Below are positions 8,283 to 17,654 of a stretch of DNA of 23,681 nt, in pieces. Below the pieces are notes generated by a model. The model worked only from the letters and a program-made list of their open reading frames with translations. It had not been told where the DNA came from and ran no database searches. A program made the position numbers and the translations under genes. Each line of letters opens with the position of its first letter. Within the stretch, counting starts at the first letter, position 1. Source of the stretch: an archaeon (GTDB lineage Archaea > Nanobdellota > Nanobdellia > Woesearchaeales > UBA9642); contig JAZDHK010000037.1 in assembly GCA_043806035.1 (NCBI GenBank), forward strand, positions 1 through 23,681. Direction: 5' to 3'.

Positions 8283-10751
8283 ATGAAACCCGAGTTCGCA
8301 AAGCAGTGGACGAAAGAGCTGGAACAACCTCTGTATGAAGCGTGGAAGCAGCAGAACGTCCACCGCTTCGACAAGAGAACGAGCAAGAAAGTCTTCTCCA
8401 TAGACACGCCGCCGCCGTACGTGAACACTCCCGTCCATATCGGCCAGGCGACTACGTACGTGCTCATGGACATGTTCGCACGCTATCGTAGGATGAAAGG
8501 ATATGAAGTGCTCTTCCCATTGGGATTGGACAGGAATGGCCTGCCTATCGAGATGGCAGCGGAGAGGAAGTTCAACATCAAGCTCACGGAAACGCCGAGA
8601 GAACAATTCATTGACTTCTGCAAGAAAGTATTGGAAGAGGCAAGCGAATCCTCAACAGAATCATTCCTCAAATTAGGGATTAGCTTCAACTCATGGCATC
8701 TGGGCAAGGAGCCTGGAGATGTCTACCACACGGACAGTCCCGAATACCGGGCAGTGACGCAGGCAACGTTCATCGACATGTTCAAGAAAGAGCTCATCTA
8801 CGAGGACGAACGCATCAATAATTGGTGTCCTGGCTGCCAGACGACACTGGCCGATGCTGAAGTGGAGTATGAGGATTTGCCGAGCTTCTTCAACGACATC
8901 ATATTCACCGTCAAGGAAACAGGAGAGAAAATAATCATCGGGACAACTCGTCCTGAGCTCGTCTGCACGTGCGGCATGGTCATCTTCAACCCAGAAGACG
9001 AGCGCTACCGGCATCTTGATGGCAAGATCGCAATAACTCCTCTGTTCAACAAGGAAGTGCCCATACGAGCACACCCTGCTGCCCAGATAGACAAGGGAAC
9101 GGGAATAGTGATGATGTGCTCGGCAGGAGACCTCTCGGACATTCGCTTCTTCAGGGACATGGGCATTTCTCCCGTCATCGCCATCAACAAGGACGGCACG
9201 ATGAACAAGCATGCAGGCTTCCTGGATGGTCTTTCTGTTAAAGAAGCGCAGAAGAAAATGGTCACGGAATTGGACAAGCGCAAGCTGCTCGTGCATCAGA
9301 AGAGGACGACGCACCGAACGCCCATCTGCGAACGCAGCAAAGATCCCATTGAATTCATCAGCATGACCGAGCTGTACGTCAAGCAGATGGATTTCAAGGA
9401 GGACATGCGCAAGCTTGCAGCACAGCTCAACTTCTTTGCAGACGACTCCCGTCAGATCCTGCTGAACTGGATAGACTCCGTCAGCATCGACTGGCCCATC
9501 TCGAGAAGAAGATATTATGCGACAGAGGTTCCCCTCTGGCATCAGAACAAGCTCATTGCACTCCCTCCTAAAGGAAAGTATTATGCTCCCTGGAAAGAGC
9601 AACCACCAGCAGACGCTGACGTGTATGCATTTGAGAATGGCATGCCGAAGAAAAAAGGCACCATCAACGACTTTCCCGGAAAGTGGATAGGTGATGTTCG
9701 CGTGTTCGACACCTGGTTCGACTCATCCATAAGTCCATTGTACATTCTCATGTATGAACGAGATGAGGAGTTCTTCAAGAAACACCAGCCATGCTCGCTT
9801 CGACCGCAAGGCAAAGAGATCATCAGGACCTGGCTGTATTATACGGTGCTCAAAGATTACCTACTGACGGGCAAATGCATCTTCAACGACGTCTGGATCA
9901 ACTATCACATCGTCGATGACAAAGGAGAGAAGATGTCAAAATCCAAAGGCAACGTCATCAGCCCAAAAACAATACTGGACAAGTTCGGTGCAGAACCATT
10001 CAGGTTGTGGAGCGCTGTCGAAGGAAATCTGGAACGGACTGATTTCCGCTGCTCCGCTGAGCGAATAGAGGGAGCGGGAAAGACCATCAACAAGCTGTGG
10101 AATGTTGCCAAATTCATTGCGGGCATAACTTCCGAGGAATTCTCGGAGAGGATTGCAAAGGAAACGTATGAGCAACTCTTCAAAAGCATCCCGCTGACGG
10201 CGACGGATGAGTGGATCATCTCTGAAGTGAACAAGCTCATCACGCTAGCCGACGAGAGGTACGCGCAGTACGACTTCCACAATCCCGCCATTGCCACAAG
10301 GAACTTCATCTGGGAAGCATTCGCCAGCCACTACCTGGAATTAGTCAAGGGACGAGCATACAATACAGGTGGACAGTTCACGAACGAGCAGCAGGAAGCG
10401 GCACTACTCACGTTGAACTATTGCCTTGACACACTTCTCGCCATTCTCTGTCCTGTCGTCCCGTTCATCACCGAAAAGATCTTCATGACCTTGCACGGAA
10501 ACAGCGTGCATACGCTTACATTCCCCGAGGTGCTGCTTTCTGTCGAACCCACGGTCACAACGAAAGACATTACTGAGGTGAATAGCGCCATCTGGAAGAC
10601 GAAGAAGGATGAGGGCGCTAGCTTGATGGCAGAAGTCGTTGACGCTACGCTGCCCAAGAGCATCGAGCCCATCCTGCACGACCTCATTGTCATGCACAAG
10701 ATCAAGAAGTGGCAACTGGGCAGCGAGACGTACGTGCTCGTGAAGAAATAA
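8283..10751 (+). CDS. valS: Valine--tRNA ligase (archaeal type)
   Basis: FSIDTPPP, HIGH-like HIGQ, TTRPEL and GTGIVM editing motifs, DWPISRRRYY, VFDTWFDSS, LRPQGKEIIRTW, KMSKS. Confidence 0.96.
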   Translation: MKPEFAKQWTKELEQPLYEAWKQQNVHRFDKRTSKKVFSIDTPPPYVNTPVHIGQATTYVLMDMFARYRRMKGYEVLFPLGLDRNGLPIEMAAERKFNIKLTETPREQFIDFCKKVLEEASESSTESFLKLGISFNSWHLGKEPGDVYHTDSPEYRAVTQATFIDMFKKELIYEDERINNWCPGCQTTLADAEVEYEDLPSFFNDIIFTVKETGEKIIIGTTRPELVCTCGMVIFNPEDERYRHLDGKIAITPLFNKEVPIRAHPAAQIDKGTGIVMMCSAGDLSDIRFFRDMGISPVIAINKDGTMNKHAGFLDGLSVKEAQKKMVTELDKRKLLVHQKRTTHRTPICERSKDPIEFISMTELYVKQMDFKEDMRKLAAQLNFFADDSRQILLNWIDSVSIDWPISRRRYYATEVPLWHQNKLIALPPKGKYYAPWKEQPPADADVYAFENGMPKKKGTINDFPGKWIGDVRVFDTWFDSSISPLYILMYERDEEFFKKHQPCSLRPQGKEIIRTWLYYTVLKDYLLTGKCIFNDVWINYHIVDDKGEKMSKSKGNVISPKTILDKFGAEPFRLWSAVEGNLERTDFRCSAERIEGAGKTINKLWNVAKFIAGITSEEFSERIAKETYEQLFKSIPLTATDEWIISEVNKLITLADERYAQYDFHNPAIATRNFIWEAFASHYLELVKGRAYNTGGQFTNEQQEAALLTLNYCLDTLLAILCPVVPFITEKIFMTLHGNSVHTLTFPEVLLSVEPTVTTKDITEVNSAIWKTKKDEGASLMAEVVDATLPKSIEPILHDLIVMHKIKKWQLGSETYVLVKK

Positions 10752-10802
10752 ATTACATCAGCTTTCACAAAGTTTTTATTATGCGATATCGTCCGTTCCG
10801 TT

Positions 10803-11479
10803 ATGCTCTTCACACTCGCATCCAAAAGAAGTTCTGCGATAGAAAAACAGTACGAACAGGCAATGCAAGACATCGGCAAGTTCTTCGGCATACTTTGGGA
10901 GTTCAATAAACCAAATGTGTTCATCATCCAAGACAGGAAAACGGTTCATGCATTGAGAGGAAAAACGCTCCAAAAGGAGTCATGGGGTGGGTTCATGGCA
11001 ACACCGCATACATCGTGAGCAAAGCAACGTGCAAAAAAGAGAGCAAGCATGGATTTACTGACGAAGAATATGGATGTCTGCTCAAGCACGAACTCACTCA
11101 TCTGTTCTTTCAGGTGGCAGCAAAAGGAAATAACAAGCCAGTGTGGTTGTGGGAAGGGGTTGCCTTGTACGTGTCAGGCGAGACGACAACGAAAAAACGG
11201 CCCGCATCATTCAAAGAATTTCTCAATTCCTACGACCTGCACTGTCCTGGAGTATATGAAGAATCAGGATTTGTCGTTCGGCTGCTCGTGAAAAGGTATG
11301 GCCAGGCAAAGCTCTTGTGGCTCATCACGGACCTGCAGCACTGCAAATCAAAAGCAGAATTCTCTGCACTATTCAAGAACACATACGGTTTTGCGGCATC
11401 CTACAAAAGTATGAACAAATTACTCGTTCAAAAGCAATCAGACGCGTTCAGTACATGCAGTCCGCAAACACTCGTCTGA
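10803..11479 (+). pseudogene. Zincin (peptidase MA-like) gene split by a -1 frameshift near 10961..10965
   Basis: Overlapping ORFs 10803..11018 and 10982..11479. The second has HELTH and WLWEGVALY. Adding one A to the A5 run joins them into about 225 aa (..RGKNAPKGVMGW..). Confidence 0.65.
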
Positions 11480-12932
11480 AATGGTAGCCGTAGATGGAGT
11501 AGGTTATCGCGATGGGAAACTGGCCTTGACGGAACATGGAGGTGAAGAACAATCTCCAGAAATAGAATCTTCCTCTATCTTTAATGCCGAGGACGACCAT
11601 GGATGCAAGGAGTGCTTTGATGTGACTGATGTTGATGCGGACTGCTCTTCTCTTCACGCGCCTGATGTTGTTCAAGTACGCTCTGATTCTGGCATAATAG
11701 GGCTTGACGGAATAAATCTCTTTGATTATCTTCCTGTAGCCTGCTACAAGCGAGGCAGCGTCCATTTTCGGGATGAAGTTGAGCGAAAAATCGGTGTTGC
11801 TGCCAGAAATGTCATTCAAGAGCCGGTTCTCGTTCTTCAGCCGATGATACAGAGCAGTATTCTTTGGGGCATTCAGCAAGCCGACCATCGCCGTGACTAT
11901 CCTGCTGTTCTTGATGAATTCCACCTGCCGTTTGAAAATAGAGGGAGAATCACTGTCGAAGCCCACAATGAATCCTGCAGTGACCTCTAAGCCTGCTTTC
12001 TGTATCTTCTCGACAGAGTCGATGAGATTGCGGTTCTTGTTCTGGAATTTGTTGCATTCCGTCAGGCTTGTTTCGTCAGGTGTCTCGATGCCCACAAAAA
12101 CGGAGTAGAATCCCGCTTGTGTCATCAAACGTAGCAAGGCATCATCGTCTGCAAGGTTGATGGATGATTCTGTGGTGAACAAGAAGGGATATTTTCTTGC
12201 CTTCATCCAGGTCATCATTGCGGGCAGGATCTCGTTCTTCAATTTGAGCTTGTTTCCGATGAAGTTGTCATCGACGATGAAGACATCGCCCCGCCATCCT
12301 TTTACGTACAAGTTGTCCAGCTCTGCCAGCATCTGATCTTTCGTCTTTGTTCTTACTCTTCTGCCGAAAAGAGAGGTAATGTTGCAAAATTCGCAATTGA
12401 ACGGGCATCCTCTCGAGTATTGGATGCTCATCGATGCGTATTTGCTCATGTCGATGAGGTCCCAGCGAGGAAGCGGCGTCTTGTCCAGTTCGGGAAACTG
12501 TCCAGATGCGTGATAGACGTGCTTGGCACGGCCGTTGCGCACATCTGCTAAGAATTGCGGTAGCGTAATTTCCGCCTCGTTGAGGACGAGATGGTCGATG
12601 TTCGCGAAGTCTTCGTGTGCATCGCTGAATAACGGTCCGCCGGCGACAACTTTCACCTTGTGGTCCTTGCACCGCCCGATGATCGCCTGCACTGACGCTT
12701 TCTGCACCACCATTGCACTGATGAAGACGTAGTCCGCCCAGATAAGGTCTTTCTCTTTCAGGGGAGCAATATTCATGTCAATGACTTTCTTGTTCCATTC
12801 TTCAGGAAGCATCGCGGCAACGGTCAATAATCCGAGAGGAGGGTGTGCTGCTTTTTTTGCGATGAATTTTAGGGCGGTCTTGAAACTCCAAAATGTGTCA
12901 GGATATTCCGGGTAGACGAGCAAAATGTTCAT
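11448..12932 (-). CDS. B12-binding domain radical SAM protein (DUF4070-type C-terminus)
   Basis: PPLGLLTVAAMLP B12-binding domain, SRGCPFNCEFC (CxxxCxxC), VDDNFIG, GFIVGFDSD. Start at MNILLVYP (12932) with GAAGGA upstream. Confidence 0.92.
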   Translation of the reverse strand: MNILLVYPEYPDTFWSFKTALKFIAKKAAHPPLGLLTVAAMLPEEWNKKVIDMNIAPLKEKDLIWADYVFISAMVVQKASVQAIIGRCKDHKVKVVAGGPLFSDAHEDFANIDHLVLNEAEITLPQFLADVRNGRAKHVYHASGQFPELDKTPLPRWDLIDMSKYASMSIQYSRGCPFNCEFCNITSLFGRRVRTKTKDQMLAELDNLYVKGWRGDVFIVDDNFIGNKLKLKNEILPAMMTWMKARKYPFLFTTESSINLADDDALLRLMTQAGFYSVFVGIETPDETSLTECNKFQNKNRNLIDSVEKIQKAGLEVTAGFIVGFDSDSPSIFKRQVEFIKNSRIVTAMVGLLNAPKNTALYHRLKNENRLLNDISGSNTDFSLNFIPKMDAASLVAGYRKIIKEIYSVKPYYARIRAYLNNIRRVKRRAVRINISHIKALLASMVVLGIKDRGRFYFWRLFFTSMFRQGQFPIAITYSIYGYHFRRVFADCMY

Positions 12933-13170
12933 AGGTATTCCTTCGTGCGCAAACATCACCAGAAAAAAATTCACCAAAAGGCATTACAACTTTTTTTGAG
13001 GTATTTGTCAAACGCTCCATGTGCAGATGCGTCTCCCGCTATATAAACGTTGTGTAGGAACAGTTCAAAACACATTCGGAAGAGGCGCTATTATGGACTG
13101 CTGTTCTCAATATTCCTCATTGAGCAGTTTCTCCGCCGTTCATTCAGTAAACAATATAAATACATGAAGA

Positions 13171-13914
13171 ATGAATGCAAGCATGAAACTTAAGAATAAA
13201 GTGGCGCTAATCACCGGGGCGAGCAGAGGCATAGGGAAAGCTACCGCACTACTGTTTGCACAAGAGGGTGCGAAAGTCATCATAAATTATTGCAAATCAA
13301 AAAAAGAAGCAGATGCTGTCGTCGCAGAAATACAAAAGATGGGTGCTGAGGCAATTGCGCTACAAGGCGACGTTTCCCAAGAGGATGATGTCAAACGAAT
13401 GGTGCAGCAATCCGTTAAGAGATTTGGCAGAGTAGACATTCTCGTGAACAATGCAGGCATCGTGTTTGATGTGCCATTCGTAGAAAGAACGGTTGAGCAA
13501 TGGAAAAGAACGTTGGACGTGAATCTAGTAGGTGCGTTCATCTGCGCAAAACACATCATCCCGCACATGAAAAAAGGATGCATCATCAATGTATCGTCAG
13601 TCAACGGTATTGATGGCTTCAGCCCAGAATCAATGGACTATGATGCATCAAAAGCAGGACTTATCAGTCTGACGAAGAATTTGGCTCAAGAATTGGCACC
13701 ACACATCAGAGTCAATTGCGTAGCACCCGGTTGGATAGACACAGACATAAACAAAGACCTACCGAAAGCGTACGTACAATCTGAAACGGACAAGATTTGG
13801 CTGAAACGATTCGGGAAACCTGAAGAAATGGCGACCATAATCCTGTTCTTAGCATCCAATGATGCAAGCTATATGACAGGATCAATACTGACTGCCGATG
13901 GCGGATATAGATAA
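13171..13914 (+). CDS. SDR family oxidoreductase (FabG-like)
   Basis: TGASRGIG, NNAG, catalytic YDASK, NCVAPG. Start may be 13183. Confidence 0.93.
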   Translation: MNASMKLKNKVALITGASRGIGKATALLFAQEGAKVIINYCKSKKEADAVVAEIQKMGAEAIALQGDVSQEDDVKRMVQQSVKRFGRVDILVNNAGIVFDVPFVERTVEQWKRTLDVNLVGAFICAKHIIPHMKKGCIINVSSVNGIDGFSPESMDYDASKAGLISLTKNLAQELAPHIRVNCVAPGWIDTDINKDLPKAYVQSETDKIWLKRFGKPEEMATIILFLASNDASYMTGSILTADGGYR

Positions 13915-13951
13915 CAAGCACATCTCTTGGTTTCCATTCAATTTAAGAAAA

Positions 13952-14950
13952 TCACCCGAACTCCATCTGGATCCTGAGCTCGAGCAGGGCGAGGAGGAAT
14001 TTGCTCATGAGCATGAAGTGGCCTGCGATGCTCCTGCTCTCTCCCTTGAGTTCCTTCTTGATGACAAAGTACTTGCTGTACACGTCGAAATCATTTCTGC
14101 CGAAAGCGATGGCGAGCTCGCGATCGAACTTGTAGAAGAGCTTGTAGTAGATGTCGAAGTGCTCTCGCACGCGCAGGATGAGCTTGAGCGTGTCTTTGAG
14201 CGGTTTTTTCGAAACGGCAAGATGCTTCCCTATGTATTTAAACTCGTCCGCCATAAGCTCCATGAGAAAGAGCGTGGAGAACATGAGGCTTTTCTTGCTG
14301 TCAGAAAAATCTGTCGTCTTGTTCATGATCCTGCAGCAGTAGTCAACGAACTTATCAACATTCAAGTCCATAGTATGTATTTCTTTGCAGATGGCCGTGT
14401 GCCCTATGTCGTTCTCCTTGATCACTTCTATGATACGATCGAACATTTGAAAAATGACAATGAATATCCTGCGTAAGGAATGATCGAATTCTTTCATGGT
14501 GGGCTCGCCCATCTCCCGGATGATGCAGTAGCCCTTGCCTGAGTTGATGATGGCTATGTTCAAGAACCTATCGACAACTGACTGGATGAGCGAGAGTGCG
14601 GTCTTTGATGGCACTTTCTCTCCCAAGTTAGCATACTCAAAATGTGTCGTGTAATAGTGGAATGCATCCTCATACTCCTTTTTGCTTTGGTCGTAGACGA
14701 TTTTTATCTCATCGCAGCCTGCACGATACGCGGATTGGAAATAACGCCAAAGAAGGGGGATGGTGAAGTTAGTAATATCGATGCTTGCGGTCTTTTCCTG
14801 TAAGCTTCCTTTGCCGTTGACGAGGAGCATGTTGCCCTGTTCGAGTAGCTCGAGCTCGTCACTCGGCCTGATGTTCTGCCGTTGTGCCCATTTGGAAGGC
14901 AAGGTGATAGTCAGGGTATTATGTCCTTGCCTGATGACCTTTCGCTTCAC
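13952..14950 (-). CDS. AbrB-domain / PhoU-like archaeal regulator
   Basis: N-terminal RKVIRQGHNTLTITLPSKWA (AbrB/MazE), AYRAGCDEIKI, and a PhoU-like helical C-terminus (ELMADE). GTG start. Confidence 0.85.
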   Translation of the reverse strand: MKRKVIRQGHNTLTITLPSKWAQRQNIRPSDELELLEQGNMLLVNGKGSLQEKTASIDITNFTIPLLWRYFQSAYRAGCDEIKIVYDQSKKEYEDAFHYYTTHFEYANLGEKVPSKTALSLIQSVVDRFLNIAIINSGKGYCIIREMGEPTMKEFDHSLRRIFIVIFQMFDRIIEVIKENDIGHTAICKEIHTMDLNVDKFVDYCCRIMNKTTDFSDSKKSLMFSTLFLMELMADEFKYIGKHLAVSKKPLKDTLKLILRVREHFDIYYKLFYKFDRELAIAFGRNDFDVYSKYFVIKKELKGESRSIAGHFMLMSKFLLALLELRIQMEFG

Positions 14951-14968
14951 AAAGAAGGAAAATACAGC

Positions 14969-15020
14969 AGAATATATAAACTTTTCTTAAAAGAATATAT
15001 ATTTCAAATAAAATATATTC
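14969..15020. promoter_or_regulatory. GAATATAT boxes in the divergent promoter region
   Basis: AGAATATATA at 14969 and 14992 (direct repeat). GAATATAT-N12-ATATATTC inverted repeat at 14993..15020. Confidence 0.4.
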
Positions 15021-15144
15021 AATATAGTGCACTAGGGTAACATACGGTTTCGTATATTGTGTAGGGACAATACATAACTACATCTTGGTCGTTACCCTGC
15101 TATTGCGTGACACACAACGGCACGCAGCTGTGGGGGATGATACC

Positions 15145-16617
15145 ATGAAAACACTACTAGCATTAGCTTTAGCGGCGACGATGATGCTCGGCTGTGAGAA
15201 AAAAGCTGAAGACAATCCTGTCATGCCCACTCCTGTGAACAGTCCGCCAGAAACTGTTCTTCTGGAATGCCCTCCTGTAATAGGACATGACGCACACGTC
15301 CGCTTCCGTGTAGGCGGGAGCGATGAGGATGGCACTGTTCAAGGCTTCCGTTATCTGCTGCAGCCAATCCTGCCAGATACGCAGTTCTCACTGAACGGCA
15401 GTATCGATTTCACCTTGGAGGATAGCGTCTACCATTTCATGGCGAGCGCCGTCGATGATGAATGGGCAGTAGATCCCAGCCCCGTCACGTACACGTTCAC
15501 CGTTGATGCTGACACGACGCCTCCTCGCCCTGCAGTGGATTTTTTTCATGAAACGGATAGATGGATAGCGTATGCACCCACCAACTTTAACCCGAACATC
15601 CAGCAATTCCCTTCAGAGGAGAGCATCCTTGCGGATCTTGAGGTACTAGTAGATGCCAACTTCACCTGCGTGGTGACGTATGGTGCGGATGGCACCTTAG
15701 GACGCATCCCTCTGCTTGCACGCAATGCAGGAATGCAACACGTTGTCATGGGCATCTGGAGCCTGACCAACACAGAGGAGTGGAACGCTGCGCTCGCGAA
15801 CACGGCATTTGTCGACGGGTATTGTCTGGGCAATGAAGGGTTGATGCGCAACGACTACACGCTTGCTGAGCTCGAAGCAAGAATGGCACAGTTGCGTGCA
15901 CTGACGGGAAAGCCAGTTACAACCACAGAACCCATCGGCGCATATGACACTGCACTGCTCGATGCTGGAGATTGGGCCTTTCCCAATACGCACCCGTTCT
16001 GGGCAAACATCACCAATCCTGAGACTGCTGCAGCATGGACGGAAGAGCAGTACACGGCACTGTCTGGCAGGACACAACAAGTTGTCATCATGAAGGAAGT
16101 CGGATTGCCGACAGAAGGGGCTGCCGATCTCTCTGAGGAAAATCAGAACAGCTACTACCGCCTCATGGAAGGAACGACCGCACGATTCGTGTATTTTGAG
16201 GCATTCGACCAGCCATGGAAGAATTCCCAACCTATCGAACCGCATTGGGGATTGTTCATGCCTGACAGGACGACAAAGCTGGCATCTCAGCCACAGGTGC
16301 TGTTCACACACGTGCCTCCCTTGAACAGTTATGAGAATCTGCAAGGGCGTATAGTGAACGTGCTTCCGCAGAACTTCAAGACGACGACATACATCAATGT
16401 GAATGGTACGTGGTGGGTGAAACCCTACGCGAACACACCGCTCACGAGCATCGCTGCGAATGGCACGTGGACAACAGACATCACGACAGGAGGCATTGAC
16501 CAGACGGCAGGCATCATCAACACGTATCTCGTGACTCCTGACTACCCTGCTGACCTGCACGCGTTGCCTTCGCTCGAGGATACACGGGTGCTCACGTACA
16601 CAACGGCGAGCAGATAA
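15145..16617 (+). CDS. Secreted lipoprotein with a GH17-like (beta-1,3-glucanase/transglycosylase) domain and beta-rich flanking domains
   Basis: Start ATG 15145 after SD-like GGGGGATGA. Signal MKTLLALALAATMMLG|C. GH17-like motifs LGNE, VTTTE, HPFW, MKEVGLPT, YFEAFDQPWK, EPHWGLF. Confidence 0.85.
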   Translation: MKTLLALALAATMMLGCEKKAEDNPVMPTPVNSPPETVLLECPPVIGHDAHVRFRVGGSDEDGTVQGFRYLLQPILPDTQFSLNGSIDFTLEDSVYHFMASAVDDEWAVDPSPVTYTFTVDADTTPPRPAVDFFHETDRWIAYAPTNFNPNIQQFPSEESILADLEVLVDANFTCVVTYGADGTLGRIPLLARNAGMQHVVMGIWSLTNTEEWNAALANTAFVDGYCLGNEGLMRNDYTLAELEARMAQLRALTGKPVTTTEPIGAYDTALLDAGDWAFPNTHPFWANITNPETAAAWTEEQYTALSGRTQQVVIMKEVGLPTEGAADLSEENQNSYYRLMEGTTARFVYFEAFDQPWKNSQPIEPHWGLFMPDRTTKLASQPQVLFTHVPPLNSYENLQGRIVNVLPQNFKTTTYINVNGTWWVKPYANTPLTSIAANGTWTTDITTGGIDQTAGIINTYLVTPDYPADLHALPSLEDTRVLTYTTASR

Positions 16618-16638
16618 TTTTTTATTTTTTTAGTTTGA

Positions 16639-17118
16639 TTACGTTGCTTGCCAGAGTGCCGTGAATTCATCGAGATACCGTTCGGCGATTGCAGCACTAT
16701 GCAAAATGAGTATGTTCTCGTCGTTCTTCGTCGTGCCTGAAGCGGTGGGATTCCAGCTGCCCGTTATCACAATACTATGGTTGACGACGCAGAATTTGTC
16801 GTGCATCAGTCCCTCATGCGCTATGGGTGTGGCGTAGGAGAAATATTTTGCTGTATCCTCATCAGTGAGCACGGCAGCATGCACGGCAACAAGCATGCTC
16901 TGTATGCGTTCCAGTCTGATATCGTACAATGCGCACTGCACAGATTCACCCCCCGCAAGTACGGCAAGCACGTGTTCTTCGCAGGCATCACGGGGGCAGA
17001 AATAGATGGAGATGCTGCCATTCTCTTTAGGAATGGTCTTTGTACGAGGAAGGATGAGCAGGAAAAAAACGCCAAGAAGGAGAACTCCTGCGAGCAGAAT
17101 GAAGGTCGTTGTTTTCAT
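16639..17118 (-). CDS. Phospholipase D-like (single HKD) protein with an N-terminal membrane anchor
   Basis: Hydrophobic N-terminus, IYFCP, LMHDKFCVVN...ITGSWNPT...NDENILI. Confidence 0.85.
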   Translation of the reverse strand: MKTTTFILLAGVLLLGVFFLLILPRTKTIPKENGSISIYFCPRDACEEHVLAVLAGGESVQCALYDIRLERIQSMLVAVHAAVLTDEDTAKYFSYATPIAHEGLMHDKFCVVNHSIVITGSWNPTASGTTKNDENILILHSAAIAERYLDEFTALWQAT

Positions 17119-17142
17119 GGAAAAAATATGCAGTTGCCACGT

Positions 17143-17565
17143 TTATATTCTTTTTCTGAGATACGCCGCAGATTTTGCAAGTGCCGCTGCAGTATCCGAA
17201 TAGGCATGCATGCCTTCGAGGAGAGGATGATGTGTAGGGGGTCGTTCTTTCGTGAATCGTGCAAGTTGTTGGTCGGTGAGTGTTGCAAAAAGAGGAACGC
17301 TTGTTTGTTGCAATCTTTCTGGGGTGTTTGTGGCAAGTGCATGCAACAGCAAATCTGCCTCATGCTGCATACTGCTTGGCCGGATGGACAGCGCACGGTT
17401 GGGCGTGTTGCTTATCTGCACGTGGGGAGGGAGTATGGTCTGGAGAAGCGTAGTCACTGCGCTGCTGTAGAACGGGATGTTTTCAGTGATGAAAATGGTT
17501 GTGACTTCTTTCGTGAGCACTTTTTTGAGTTCTTTTCTTGCTTTTCGTTCCGTGCGCTTGCTCAT
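17143..17565 (-). CDS. Hypothetical protein, about 140 aa
   Basis: Start set at ATG 17565 (MSKRTERKARKEL). The ORF-track extension to 17679 runs through the operator/promoter region. Confidence 0.6.
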   Translation of the reverse strand: MSKRTERKARKELKKVLTKEVTTIFITENIPFYSSAVTTLLQTILPPHVQISNTPNRALSIRPSSMQHEADLLLHALATNTPERLQQTSVPLFATLTDQQLARFTKERPPTHHPLLEGMHAYSDTAAALAKSAAYLRKRI

Positions 17566-17593
17566 GTCGTTACCAACCCGTACACAATTTGTC

Positions 17594-17654
17594 ACCATTT
17601 TGAAATGGTGTAAAAACGAAATGTTTAAATAAAACAACACCATTCTCAAATGGT
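17594..17654 (+). promoter_or_regulatory. Promoter CGAAATG-TTTAAATA bracketed by two ACCATT-N4-AATGGT palindromes
   Basis: Palindromes at 17594..17609 and 17639..17654, BRE at 17617..17623, TATA at 17624..17631. Confidence 0.65.

Noticed and set aside
8430-8450. HIGQ instead of HIGH in ValRS
   Set aside because: Variation in this motif is tolerated in class I synthetases, and all other motifs are intact.
8691-9602. Long antisense or alternate-frame ORFs (also 5184..5792, 15697..16560, 16777..17613, 22678..23442)
   Set aside because: Shadows of well-supported genes, with no motifs or protein-like composition.
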